52,511 nt of DNA from Planctomycetota bacterium (GTDB taxonomy: Bacteria > Planctomycetota > GCA-002687715 > DRQF01), in the NCBI GenBank assembly GCA_036479435.1, contig JAZGFI010000289.1:1-52511 (forward strand), written 5' to 3'. The notes under the pieces are model-generated. The model was not told where the DNA came from. It searched no databases and saw only the letters and a list, made by a program, of their open reading frames with translations. Every line of letters begins with the position of its first letter. Position 1 is the stretch's first letter. This document shows positions 37,608 to 47,795 of the stretch, one piece after another. The position numbers and the translations under genes were made by a program.

Positions 37608-38678
37608 GCGCAAGGCCACTTGACTAAGCGCAAGGGGCTTGAGATAGGGTGCTTTCTTGATGGACTTGATCGCCGCTTTGGCGGCAGCCCTAAGTGGGAA
37701 ACTCTTAGGGTTGCGATCGCCTGCGGCGATTTTTTCCAATGAGTCTATAGCTGGCTGCGCGGCGGCTCCCATCTTCGCGAGCGCTTCGATCGCGAAGTAG
37801 CAGGGCTCGAGTTTGCGCGTCAACAATTTGTTGAGCTCAGGGACGAACTTGGCTGCACCTGATCCCAACTTTCCAATTGCGATGGCGGCGCTCGCGGCGA
37901 GTTTGTCGTCGCGGGAACTCAGAGTGAGTCTTAAAACCTCTCGGGTCGCCTCACTCTCGGGGTCGATTTCGGCGAGGGTGAGCGCAATGATGTGATGGTC
38001 GTTAGCTTTAGGGTCGATGAGTTGTTTGCGCAACAAAGGCGCCGCTTGTTTGGCCGCAGTTCCAATGCGACCTAAGGCAGCCATCGCTTCCCAACGTAAG
38101 ACCTGCTCGTCCAATCGGGCGATGAGATCGCCAACAAAAACCGCTGCCTTGGCGCCTCGGTTGCCGATGTGATTCACGATCTGCAAGCGTCCGTTTGCCC
38201 GATTGTCTCGCAATTTCTTGCGCGTCGAATCCGTGTCGAGGTCGGGCAGAGCCTTGTTCTGCAAGACGAGCTTCATGCGCCTTACGACGTCGGCGACCTC
38301 AAGTGACTCTTTCGACCCCTTGATTGTCGTTTGACGGCCAAAGTCGATGATGCGAGAAAACTCACGTCCGGTTGAATCCAACATCAACAAGTAGGCGCGA
38401 TTGCGAGCAAGCCCGAGACGGCGCGCCTCGCGAGAGCGACCGTTGTCGGTGTCGACTTTGACAAGTACGAATTGGCTACTGACCTCGGCGAATTCTCGAT
38501 TCGCCGCATCCGCCGCCTCAATGGGGCGGCAAAAAGTTCCTCAGTATGCATCAAAGGCATAGACCAAGACGGGTTTTGTGTCTGCCTTCGCCAGCTGCAG
38601 CGAGCAGTCGATGTCAGTTTCCCATTGTTGCCCGAAAAGAGCAGCGCACAGCAACAAGAACAGTCCAAGAATTCTCAT
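37593..38678 (-). CDS. Putative selenoprotein: signal peptide, thioredoxin-like domain (in-frame TGA, U-x-x-x-C), HEAT repeats; 361 aa
   Basis: ATG 38678 (GGAG upstream) reads MRILGLFLLLCAALFGQQWETD...AKADTKPVLVYAFDAY-TGA(38541-38543)-GTFCRPIE...FVLVKVD...LLMLDSTGREFSRI and continues in frame into ORF 37593..38390 (HEAT repeats); could instead be a nonsense pseudogene. Confidence 0.65.
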
Positions 38679-38877
38679 GACGCAACTCCAACTTCTAGAC
38701 AACTCGCCACTTCTAAAAAACGAGGGCCCTGGAATCTTACCCCGCAGTCTTTCCAAGAAACGCCGCTCTCACCCACGCGGCTTCGAGATTGCCCCAATGT
38801 GCGAGCCTTGACTGTCATATCTCGATGCGAAGGACGGAGGGATCTGCCTCGTCCGTCCTCGGACCGATGGAGGCCTC

Positions 38878-40053
38878 TTACCTCAGTAAGCGGGTGGCGG
38901 CCGCGGCCAAGTGCCGTGGATCTGAATTTCGCTTCCACTCTCGACTACAAGCTGCAACCAGCTTGATCGAATGCTCGTCGCCACTCGCCACGGCGAGCTT
39001 GGCAAGTTTCTTCACGGGCTCATTTGCGATGCCGCTCTTGACCTCGGCGACGAGTCCCGGCTGGCCATGTCGAGCAAACATGGCCGACGCCACCTGCCAA
39101 GTATAGGCCATGACGGCTGGGCCTTCCTTTTTACTTACATGAGGCAAGAGCTCAGCGATTGCAGCCGCGCCGGTCACCGCGTGGAGAAAGTCAAAAGAGC
39201 TGGCCTTCGTATTGATCAAGATGCCTGAGAACGTCGCAAGAAGATCTGCCATGAAGCTTGGCGATCCCTTTGTGGGGTCGACGAGATCAACCGCAGCTGC
39301 AAAAGGCTCAAAGCCGAGGAGGTCCTTAAGTTCGGTGGTGATCAGTCCTCGACTGACCCGTGCCTCTCTCGGCAACTGAACCACCTTCTTCAAGGCACTG
39401 GAAGGAGAGAGCTTGCCAACTCCGCTGTACTTGCCGGGCAAGGTCATATAGGTCGCCGCCCAGTATCCAAGGGCACGCGCCAGTTCATCGAGCCGCAATT
39501 TGTTTTCTTTGATCGACAAGGAGCAGACGGCGTGCCCGACTCGGATCACTCCGTGCAAGCCCGCGGCCGCGATGCCCGGCGCGAGACGCGGCACCCAAAG
39601 CCATAGGACTTTAGGCCACGGTGATTCCGCGAGCTGCCTACTGAACAACAGATCCCAATCACGGCTCCGCGACTCATCGCCGAGAGCTTCTCTCCATTTT
39701 GAATTCTCGATTCGCTTTTTTGGGGCGATGCGTTTCTCTAGCCGCTTGCGATAGTTCTCAACCCAGATTTTTACGACATCGTGGTGTCCAAGGGACACCA
39801 TCGCCTCGGCATTCATGGGGCCATGATTAGAAAGACCACCGCGAAAACTTGGAGCATAGGGAGACAACATCTCCAAGGCTTCATCCATCTGCTCGCTGCC
39901 CACGCTAATCGCAGCATTGGGCTCCGGCGGCAATCCGAAAAGTAGATGGTGACCGTCTTCATCGCCAACGGAATGCGAAAAGCCGTAGGCACTGACGGGC
40001 AACGCGCCCAGAAAACTCAAGAAGTTGCGGCGAGTTGTCTTCTCCATGTTCAT
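38878..40053 (-). CDS. Questin oxidase-like (DUF4243) protein with a Tat-type signal
   Basis: GGLSNHGPM..EA, W..ALGD, LAPG.AAAGLHGVIR.GHA, ELA.ALGYWAA, LHAVTG, GDEHSIK; N-terminal TTRRNFL; ATG 40053 has GGAGG upstream. Confidence 0.8.
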   Translation of the reverse strand: MNMEKTTRRNFLSFLGALPVSAYGFSHSVGDEDGHHLLFGLPPEPNAAISVGSEQMDEALEMLSPYAPSFRGGLSNHGPMNAEAMVSLGHHDVVKIWVENYRKRLEKRIAPKKRIENSKWREALGDESRSRDWDLLFSRQLAESPWPKVLWLWVPRLAPGIAAAGLHGVIRVGHAVCSLSIKENKLRLDELARALGYWAATYMTLPGKYSGVGKLSPSSALKKVVQLPREARVSRGLITTELKDLLGFEPFAAAVDLVDPTKGSPSFMADLLATFSGILINTKASSFDFLHAVTGAAAIAELLPHVSKKEGPAVMAYTWQVASAMFARHGQPGLVAEVKSGIANEPVKKLAKLAVASGDEHSIKLVAACSREWKRNSDPRHLAAAATRLLR

Positions 40054-40287
40054 GTAACTTCGACCCCTCCCACAATATTCCCAGATTGGGATCTTTCTTG
40101 CTTCGCCTCGACAGGGTGTTGGTACGAAACTCATTCACGCCAAACCGCCGTGGAATTGGTTCGCCAAAAGACAACATAGGCCTCGAGACATGATTCTCTT
40201 CGGCGACCAGGCCTCATCGTCTGAAATCGTCGCGATCATGGAGCGCTAAGTGAGGCCAAAGGATCATCGAATCCTGACCCCTCTTTT

Positions 40288-40845
40288 TCAATTGCAGTCG
40301 TTGCCTTCGTCGGTCGATTCGTTCGTGCTGGACTGTTGCGCTTCGCCCTCGTCGACGAAGGTCCACTCGACGAAAAGGCCGAGGTGGATGGCGCCGATTT
40401 CGAGGCGCGCGAAGAGGGGGATCTCGATCCTTCCCTTGGCCAAGGTCGACGGCACTTCGCCTACAATGAGGGGTTCGGCGGCGGCAGTGATGAGCTCGAA
40501 GTGGCGCTCTTTGATCCAGTGGTCAGCGTAGTGCGGGTCGGGGCGGCAGGCGTAGTCTTTAGATGAGGACCTCACCGTCAAAGCGACGTTTTCTTGTTGC
40601 AGCAACAAGTTGGCATATTGCGCCACTGCGGCGTCGTCTACGAAGTCGCCTCGAGCATCGAGGTTGGCATCGCGGCCGGAAACAAAGGCACGTTCGATGC
40701 TGAGCCCCTTCGGAAAGTGCTCCTCGATGACCAATCGAATGAGTTGTTTGATGGCGGGAAGTCTCTCGAAAGATAGCGCATTGGGGGAGAGTTGAGAAAA
40801 GCCGAAACCCGGCTGCAAGCGAAAATTCTGAATCGACATTGACAT
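40288..40845 (-). CDS. Hypothetical protein downstream of the Ser/Thr kinase
   Basis: About 185-aa ORF with protein-like composition on the same strand as the kinase; no motif recognised; start uncertain (40839-40884). Confidence 0.55.
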   Translation of the reverse strand: MSMSIQNFRLQPGFGFSQLSPNALSFERLPAIKQLIRLVIEEHFPKGLSIERAFVSGRDANLDARGDFVDDAAVAQYANLLLQQENVALTVRSSSKDYACRPDPHYADHWIKERHFELITAAAEPLIVGEVPSTLAKGRIEIPLFARLEIGAIHLGLFVEWTFVDEGEAQQSSTNESTDEGNDCN

Positions 40846-40943
40846 GGCCCTTGAGACTTGCCGCATCACGGCTTGGACAAACACTGTAGAGAGACTACTC
40901 CGATGGCTCGAGAAGTTCAGCTCCGGAGGAGAAATTCCTGTCG

Positions 40944-43112
40944 CTATTCGACGCGAAGGCTCTTGGCGCAGCGAAAGCCCGCTTCGAAGTGACTGGGAAT
41001 CATCTGCACCGGCCAGCGCAGGTAGGAGCTGAGGTCAGCGCCGTACTCATCGCTATTCCAGCTTCCACCTTTGACGAGACAATCGATGCCAGAGGGTGAC
41101 GATTCTCCGTCGTGGTAAAAGCCGTCGACATATTCACTCAAGTTGCCCATGAGGTGCAGCACACCTTCGGGGGTCCTATCGGCATTGATGGCAGCCGCGG
41201 GGCGAACCAATCGAAGGTACTGGTCTAGAAACCGATCCGGGGCCGGCCGGGCCGAACGCTGCCGGGATTGAAAAATGCACACATCGGCCTCAGACACCGG
41301 GCCTTTTACCAAGGAGGTTCGGCCGGTTAGGCCCCGTGCGGCGCGCTCCCATTCGGCGCTGGTTGGCAGACGCTTGCCGACCCACTCGGCGTAGGCTTTG
41401 GCGTCGTTCCAGCGGATGGCGGTGACGGGCAGCTCGTCTCGAAAACGATGGCCCAAGGAGGCATCGATCGCAGCCCAACGTTGCGGCGCTGCACGCCCGC
41501 TTTCTCGAAGGAAGCGTCGAAACTCACCCACGGTCACTTCGCGCACATCGATGGCGAAAGGTCGAAGGGCTGGCCGGCGACGGCGCTTGTAGACCGGGTT
41601 GTTGGTTGGTTCGCGGCCGACGATAAAGTCGTGATTGTCGGCGAAGCGCACCATTCCTTGCAGAGCAAGATCTCGGTCGATGAGGGGCGACCCCGCGTCG
41701 ATCTTCGTGTCGGAACTAACCCAGCGGGTGAGCTCGGCGTAGTGTTTTTGGTCTTTGACTAGAACGAAGCGGTGGTAGCCGGCGTTCATCCGCATGGCAT
41801 CCAGGGGTGCTGTGCCCACTAAAACGCGATCGCCAAACTCGCCCCTGCTCCAATCCATGGCCTGGACGTAAACGCGGCAACCCGCCTCAATATTCTGCAA
41901 GTGAATCTCGGGGCGGTCATCGCGCAGCCAAAACCAGGCCACGATCGCCAACACGATGGCGAGCGCTCCGGCCAAAGCTGCCATCGCCACGCGATTGCGT
42001 TTTAGTCGTCGCAGTAATCTCGTGCTTTGGATAACCGGCTGACTGCGGATGGATTTGTGGTGACGAACCCGATCGAGGTCGTCGCGCATGGACTGGGCGC
42101 TTTGATAGCGGTGGCCGGGTGCCTTTTCGAGAGCTTTTAGACAGATGGTTTGCAAATCGGGATGGATCGATGAGTCAAGGCGGCGCAAGGGTTTGGCGTC
42201 GGCGAACGAAATGTCGTGCAACAAACGCCGCGGGTCATCCGCGGTGAACGGCTGCTGCAAGGTCAGCATCTCGTAGAGGACGGCGCCGAGGGAATAGATG
42301 TCCGTGCGATGGTCAATCTCGACGCGCGAGGCGAGCGCCTGTTCCGGACTCATGTATCGCAAGGTACCCACCATTTCTCCCACTTCGGTCAAAGCGTCGT
42401 CGCGGAGATGGTTCGCCAACCCAAAGTCGATCAGATAGGGATGATCGCCGTCGAAGATGATGTTTTGCGGCTTCACATCGCGATGCGTGATTCCCGACTC
42501 ATGAGCGTAAGCCAAAGCATCGAGCAAACTGATCGCCACCGTCACGACCCAGGCCGCTGGCAAGGGTCTTCTGGCCACGCGCGCCGCGCGAAGGCGATCG
42601 GCCAAGGTACCGCTCTCGGCCTGCGGCATGACGAAATATTCGACTCCCGCATCCCGACCCGTTTCCAAAACAGGCAGAATGTGAGGGTGATCAAGTTGCT
42701 GCCCGATCTGCCCCTCGCGTCGAAAACGATAAAGGCTCACCGGCGATCGCAGGTGTAGGCTCGCGAGCACCTTGATGGCACGGCGCATCCCGTTTGAATC
42801 AATGCCGACGTAAACCTCGGACATCCCTCCGCGCCCAAGGCTTCGCAACAAACGGTAGGGGCCAAGAGTTCTCGGGCCGAAGTGGGCGCTACCCATCTCC
42901 TCAGACTCAGGAAGAACCGACGCCATCTCGATGAAATCACGACACTGCTCTTCGACCAAAGCCCGCACGGCGGTGGGCAAGTCCTCGCAAAAGGAGTCCA
43001 AGGTCGGGCCCAGTCCCTGGTCGTGAAGGCCAATGAACTCCTCTACGCGCGAATCAGCCTCCGCAGACAAATCCCTCGCTTCTTTGTTGCCGGCGTTGGT
43101 CATAGCGGTCAC
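40944..43112 (-). CDS. Transmembrane Ser/Thr protein kinase with a C-terminal FGE-sulfatase (SUMF1-like) domain
   Basis: [44 protein letters not shown] helix; [39 protein letters not shown]. Confidence 0.93.
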   Translation of the reverse strand: MTAMTNAGNKEARDLSAEADSRVEEFIGLHDQGLGPTLDSFCEDLPTAVRALVEEQCRDFIEMASVLPESEEMGSAHFGPRTLGPYRLLRSLGRGGMSEVYVGIDSNGMRRAIKVLASLHLRSPVSLYRFRREGQIGQQLDHPHILPVLETGRDAGVEYFVMPQAESGTLADRLRAARVARRPLPAAWVVTVAISLLDALAYAHESGITHRDVKPQNIIFDGDHPYLIDFGLANHLRDDALTEVGEMVGTLRYMSPEQALASRVEIDHRTDIYSLGAVLYEMLTLQQPFTADDPRRLLHDISFADAKPLRRLDSSIHPDLQTICLKALEKAPGHRYQSAQSMRDDLDRVRHHKSIRSQPVIQSTRLLRRLKRNRVAMAALAGALAIVLAIVAWFWLRDDRPEIHLQNIEAGCRVYVQAMDWSRGEFGDRVLVGTAPLDAMRMNAGYHRFVLVKDQKHYAELTRWVSSDTKIDAGSPLIDRDLALQGMVRFADNHDFIVGREPTNNPVYKRRRRPALRPFAIDVREVTVGEFRRFLRESGRAAPQRWAAIDASLGHRFRDELPVTAIRWNDAKAYAEWVGKRLPTSAEWERAARGLTGRTSLVKGPVSEADVCIFQSRQRSARPAPDRFLDQYLRLVRPAAAINADRTPEGVLHLMGNLSEYVDGFYHDGESSPSGIDCLVKGGSWNSDEYGADLSSYLRWPVQMIPSHFEAGFRCAKSLRVE

Positions 43113-43261
43113 TTAAGCGGTCGACTTGGGGCAATCCAACCGAATAATTCGGCAAGGTGTCCAAGTTTCTACGCAAGTGTAGCGTCGGGGCGACTATCTC
43201 GCGGCCGGAAGCCAACATTGTTGCCGGTCGGGCGTGAGAACGATACGATCCAGGCAAGGTC

Positions 43262-43960
43262 ATGAAGAAAAAACAGCCCGAATCCCACTTCCCTGCCTCG
43301 TCGACGGAAACACCCCTTGCCAAAGCGGTGAAAGCTCAACTTCCGGAGAGCGAAGAGGCCAAAGAAATCTACGAGCTGCTCGACGAGCACTCCGAGTGGA
43401 TTCGGGGTCGCGTTCGCCAGCGACTGGGGCCAAAACTCAGGACCAAATGCCAATCGGGCGACATCGAGCAAGAGGCCTTGCTGCGGTTCTTGCGCTACGG
43501 GCCCCGCTTGCCGTCGCTCAACCCCAAACAGTTTCGCCATCTCATGGCCCGCATCGTCGAAAATGTCATTCGCGATCAACACGACTGGCTGCACGCCATC
43601 GCCAGAGACCCGAGTCGTGAGCTAGCCGGAAGCCAGGCCGAAAATGCTCTGAACCTGCAGAACGCGGGCAGTGCTACTCCGAGCGCCGAAGCCGTCCGCC
43701 ATGAGCACCAAGAGCTCGTTCATTTTGCTTTGGGGCTTCTCGACCCCGACGACCGCCGCGTCATTATCTTGAGACGCTGGGATACTTTGAGTTTCGACGA
43801 CATCGGCATCAAGCTCGGCATCAATGGCCCCGCCGCGGACACGCGGTTCCGCCGCGCCATGCGCCGCTTCGCACGGGTTATCCGACGGGTTCAAGGTGGT
43901 GAATGGGACGTGATCGACGCCGAGACCTCCTCCGAAGATCCGGACCAAGAGCCCTCCTAG
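43262..43960 (+). CDS. ECF-type sigma-70 factor (kinase-associated type)
   Basis: RQRLGPKLR....GDIEQE (region 2), ARIVENVIRD, TPSAEA, L..LDPDDRRVIILRRW..LSFDDIG.KLG....A...RF.RA (region 4). Confidence 0.85.
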   Translation: MKKKQPESHFPASSTETPLAKAVKAQLPESEEAKEIYELLDEHSEWIRGRVRQRLGPKLRTKCQSGDIEQEALLRFLRYGPRLPSLNPKQFRHLMARIVENVIRDQHDWLHAIARDPSRELAGSQAENALNLQNAGSATPSAEAVRHEHQELVHFALGLLDPDDRRVIILRRWDTLSFDDIGIKLGINGPAADTRFRRAMRRFARVIRRVQGGEWDVIDAETSSEDPDQEPS

Positions 43961-43967
43961 GGTTCGG

Positions 43968-45152
43968 TCAAGAGCAAGTCTCAGCTTTCAGTTCCGCGAG
44001 CAGATCCACCATTAACGAGGCGGGGCCATCCCAGTCGTAGCACACAGCTCGAATTCGTCCCGCTGCAATGAGTTCATCCCGGGCCTTGGGGTCTTTTTCC
44101 AAAGTGATCAAGCGCTTCACCCAGGAATCCAAGTCCAGCGGCAGACGCGAACCTTCGGGCGCGATTTCGTCAAAGGGTGCGCGGTCTAAAACAAAGGCCG
44201 GACATGAAGCGGCCATCGCTTCGAGCAGCGGAATTCCAAACCCCTCTAGAAGCGAAGGAAAGACCAAAGCCCTCGCTCGCTGGTAAAGCGCGCACAAACT
44301 GTCTTCGGGAACGTCCCCCAAAAACAGGACATCAGGTTCGATACCCAACTTTCGGACGAGGGCTTCGGGCTCGCCATAGCCCGGTACTTTCCGCCCCGCG
44401 ATCGCCAACTGGAAATCCAGACCCGCGGCCTTCAGAAGAGGCAGTAGGCGAATGGCAAAAGGGAGGTTTTTACGCGGCTCGCGGTGCCCCACAGCCAGCA
44501 AGAAAGGTCGATCTCCGAGTCGCGAAGCCAACTCGCGCGGCAAATCTCGTGCGGCCTCAAAGGCACGGGCTTTGACGCCATTGCGAATAATGGCCACGCG
44601 CGCCGCGGGCAACTGATACCGGCGCTTTAATTCCTCGGCAACGTGGCGCGACACGGATATGACCGCGGGGCAACGCCTCAACTCTCGACCGGCCCAAATA
44701 CGGGCGTAAAGGCGGCGCGGCAAACTCGAAAACCGTTTGTCCAGCGAACGGAGGTCGTGGACGGTGGGGATGGTCTTTTCGGGCCAAGCCAAAGGTCTGG
44801 GATCTTGAAACAGGAACTCCAAGCCCTCGGCGCGCATCACGCGGCGCAGCGTTCGCCCCCAGCGCAGCCAGCGATCAAGCGGTCCCCGAGCTGGCGTGAT
44901 CTCGATGACGCGAGCGCGAGGCAGTTGCTCAGCCACTCGCTTTGCCAGTGAGGGCCTCACCAAAACCGCAACCTCAAGATTCAGCTCAAGGGGATCTCGA
45001 TGCACGCGCTCAAGGACTTGTGACCAAAGCTGGATGATCCGTCGAGCCGCACCGGAATGAAGATCGACCAAGGCCGTCGCGTCGACGCCGATCTTAAACG
45101 CTGTCGCGTCGCTACCGGCCTTCAAGGCTGTCGAGTTGACGCCGCGTGTCAC
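43968..45152 (-). CDS. Glycosyltransferase family 4
   Basis: IGVDAT, PTVHDL, VISVS, VGHREPRKN, FPSLLEGFGIPLLEAMA. Confidence 0.9.
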   Translation of the reverse strand: MTRGVNSTALKAGSDATAFKIGVDATALVDLHSGAARRIIQLWSQVLERVHRDPLELNLEVAVLVRPSLAKRVAEQLPRARVIEITPARGPLDRWLRWGRTLRRVMRAEGLEFLFQDPRPLAWPEKTIPTVHDLRSLDKRFSSLPRRLYARIWAGRELRRCPAVISVSRHVAEELKRRYQLPAARVAIIRNGVKARAFEAARDLPRELASRLGDRPFLLAVGHREPRKNLPFAIRLLPLLKAAGLDFQLAIAGRKVPGYGEPEALVRKLGIEPDVLFLGDVPEDSLCALYQRARALVFPSLLEGFGIPLLEAMAASCPAFVLDRAPFDEIAPEGSRLPLDLDSWVKRLITLEKDPKARDELIAAGRIRAVCYDWDGPASLMVDLLAELKAETCS

Positions 45153-46282
45153 TTTTCGCCCTTTGGTTCGAGGGCAAGTGCGAGCCGATAGGCATCAAGG
45201 GTCCTGCTCGCGCAGTCTTGCCAGCTGAATTTCTTCGCCTGGATCTTGCCGCGGCGGCAAAGCTCTTCGCGATAGGCGGTGTCTTCGCAAAGTTTCTCCA
45301 AGCCCGCCGCGATCGAGTCCTCGCATTCGGGATCAACGAGATGGGTGGCGTCACCAGCGACTTCTTCCAGCCCTCCACGCGCGCTGGTTAGAACCGGGAG
45401 CCCTAAGGCCATCGCCTCCAAGACTGGCAAGCCAAAGCCCTCAAGCAGTGAAGGGTAGGCCATCGCCGTTGCGTTTCGCATCAAGGCCAACAGGGCGGCG
45501 TCTTGGATCTCACCGATCCAGCACACCCATTTCCTCAAGAGCGGGCGCTCGAGTGCTTCTAAGACGTCATCGCACATCCAGCCTTTTCGGCCGACTAAGA
45601 TCATGCGGGCGCGAAGGCCCTTTTCCAGCCGCGACTCGAAGGCCCGCAGCAATCTCAAGTGGTTTTTGCGCGGCTCCAGCGTGCCCACGGACAAGATAAA
45701 GGGGCAATCTTGCACGCTGCGTTCATAGGGCTGAAGAAAGATCTCGTCGACTCCCAGCGGCGTCACCACCACCCGGCTCTCGTCGAGGTCGTAGGATTCG
45801 AGCGCGTCGCGCTTCGTCGCCTCCGAAACCGTGATGACGACCGAAGCCTGATCAATGAGGCTTTGGGTCACAGATGTGAGTTGCTGAGAGTTTTCGGGCG
45901 AGTGGTAGCCGCGATCACCAAGAAAACTGGTGTCGTGCAGGGTGAACACCGAGCATTTCGTGCGCACCGGAGGCTGGACGTAGTCGGTAAAATGAAAAAG
46001 GTCGAAGTGGTCCGAAAAGGTCTCGACCGATAAGGGCATGACGCGCCCGAGAAAATCTAGGACCCGCCCCGGAAAGCGCGCCGCGGCGAGCTTCACGCGC
46101 TCGGTTTCTGGCAAGTGGGCCTGAGCGATGCGCTCTTCGTGTTCTTTCCAAAACACCGAGAACAACGACAGCTGAATCTCGTCGTCGACCTCGGGAAGGT
46201 GCCGAACTAAATTCGAGGTGTAGCGGCCAATCCCCGAACGGAGCAACAAAGCGGGACGGTAGTCGAGGCCAACTCTCAACAT
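45149..46282 (-). CDS. Glycosyltransferase family 4 (mannosyltransferase-like)
   Basis: SGIGRY, TLHD, ITVSE, VGTLEPRKN, YPSLLEGFGLPVLEAMA.G.PV, FSW. Confidence 0.92.
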   Translation of the reverse strand: MLRVGLDYRPALLLRSGIGRYTSNLVRHLPEVDDEIQLSLFSVFWKEHEERIAQAHLPETERVKLAAARFPGRVLDFLGRVMPLSVETFSDHFDLFHFTDYVQPPVRTKCSVFTLHDTSFLGDRGYHSPENSQQLTSVTQSLIDQASVVITVSEATKRDALESYDLDESRVVVTPLGVDEIFLQPYERSVQDCPFILSVGTLEPRKNHLRLLRAFESRLEKGLRARMILVGRKGWMCDDVLEALERPLLRKWVCWIGEIQDAALLALMRNATAMAYPSLLEGFGLPVLEAMALGLPVLTSARGGLEEVAGDATHLVDPECEDSIAAGLEKLCEDTAYREELCRRGKIQAKKFSWQDCASRTLDAYRLALALEPKGEK

Positions 46283-46310
46283 CTGATGGTGTCGGGCAAC
46301 AAGAGCATGG

Positions 46311-47795
46311 TCATGACGAGGAGTCTATCCCTTCTGACTCGATCCGGCGACGCAGACCTTTGGCCGCGGGAGAAAAGGTCCAGGCGGCAGCCGCCGCCGC
46401 CGCCAAGATCCAAATGGCGACAGCCCCTGCTTTGCTCGCGCCGTCGAGTTGGGTCGCGAGCGCGATAAACAAGGTGAGGATGCCGAGGGCAACCCATGGT
46501 GGCTGAAAACGACGTCGCGAGGCCACCTCAATCTGCGGCGAGCGCAGGTGAAACCAAGCGAGGGCCGCAGAAGAGGCCCCTACAAAGGCCTCGGTGATCG
46601 CCGTCGCCCAGGCGGCGCCGCGAGCGCCGTGTTCGGGAATCCACCAGGCGTTCAGACTCAGGTTTATCGCGAGGCCCACGAGCGCCACAGCAGCCCAATC
46701 GCGCGTGCGACCAATGGCGATCAAGGCCGCCGAGGCCAAGGCACCGGCCACGACGGCAAGCGGGACGACGGTGAGGATCGACAGTAAGTCCCCGGCGGCG
46801 TGCTGTGCCCGCCCGCTCAAAAGATCCGCCACGGCGGGGCCTAAACAGAGGGCTGCGGCCAAGGGCGCGGTGGCAAAGCCGACGACGATCATGGCGGAGG
46901 CAAGAACGCGCCCGCGATTCGCCTTAGAGTTGGCGCGGACAACAAAGGGCAGAACCGGCGCCGTCGCCAGATGCACGGCGGCCAAAAGCGGGGCCAACAC
47001 GCGGATCGCGAGCCCGTAGCCAGCAACTTCATCCGTGCCCCGCCAAGCTTCGATCATGAACACATCGACATGAAAGTAGAGCGCCGTGGCGACGGTTGCT
47101 AAGGACAAACTCAGCAGCCCGGTCTTGCCAGATTTGACGACGAGGTTCTCGGCCTTGACTTTTATCTTGGCTTGACCCGGCTCCGAGTTCGCCATCCGGC
47201 GCCCGTAGCCCCAGGCGACGATCGAGTTCAGTAGCTCACGAGAGGCCAGCGCCCCCACGAGGTACGGCAAGGTTGCGCTTCCGAAGTACGCCAGGGCGCC
47301 GAGCGCCAAGGTGACCTGAAAACACTGCGCCCCGAGTGAGATCCAAGCGCTGACTCGATTGCGTTGTTGGGCCGCAAAGCGTTGGTGCCAACTTCTAAGC
47401 GGCAGGGCGAAGATCGAGATCGCCACGCCAAAGCTCACCGCAAACCGCGTCTTGGGCCCCATCGCGAGGTCAGAATTGCTGATGAATACCAAGGGCGTCA
47501 CCACGGCAAGTACGACCGCAAAGGCGGTCCGAATGCTAAAGACGCGGTGCCAAAGCGACTCGCTTTTGTTGACAAGATCGCGGATCAAAGCGGGCGACAA
47601 ACCAGCATCCACAACCCGTGCCGCCATGATCATCCAAGCGCTGGCGAACACGAAGCTGCCAAAGGCCGCATCGGAGAGGGTTCGCACCGCCGCTACTGTC
47701 AGAACAAAGCCCAAACCAATTTGAAGTCCTTGGGCACCGACCAGCGCGAGCTGACTTTGCAACAAAGACTCCCGATGCTTCGCGGTGCTCGTCAA
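46311..47795 (-). CDS. Polysaccharide flippase (Wzx/MOP superfamily)
   Basis: 12-14 hydrophobic segments, DAGL, YFHVDVFMI, VAGYGLA, N..LN.WWIP.HGARGAAWAT.ITE; adjacent to GT4 genes. Confidence 0.85.
   Translation of the reverse strand: MTSTAKHRESLLQSQLALVGAQGLQIGLGFVLTVAAVRTLSDAAFGSFVFASAWMIMAARVVDAGLSPALIRDLVNKSESLWHRVFSIRTAFAVVLAVVTPLVFISNSDLAMGPKTRFAVSFGVAISIFALPLRSWHQRFAAQQRNRVSAWISLGAQCFQVTLALGALAYFGSATLPYLVGALASRELLNSIVAWGYGRRMANSEPGQAKIKVKAENLVVKSGKTGLLSLSLATVATALYFHVDVFMIEAWRGTDEVAGYGLAIRVLAPLLAAVHLATAPVLPFVVRANSKANRGRVLASAMIVVGFATAPLAAALCLGPAVADLLSGRAQHAAGDLLSILTVVPLAVVAGALASAALIAIGRTRDWAAVALVGLAINLSLNAWWIPEHGARGAAWATAITEAFVGASSAALAWFHLRSPQIEVASRRRFQPPWVALGILTLFIALATQLDGASKAGAVAIWILAAAAAAAWTFSPAAKGLRRRIESEGIDSSS

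Noticed and set aside
38541..38543. Genome-wide UGA=Trp/Gly reassignment
   Set aside because: TGA ends sucC, mnmA, miaB and the blaI-like gene at their expected C-termini, and Trp is TGG in the genes I read
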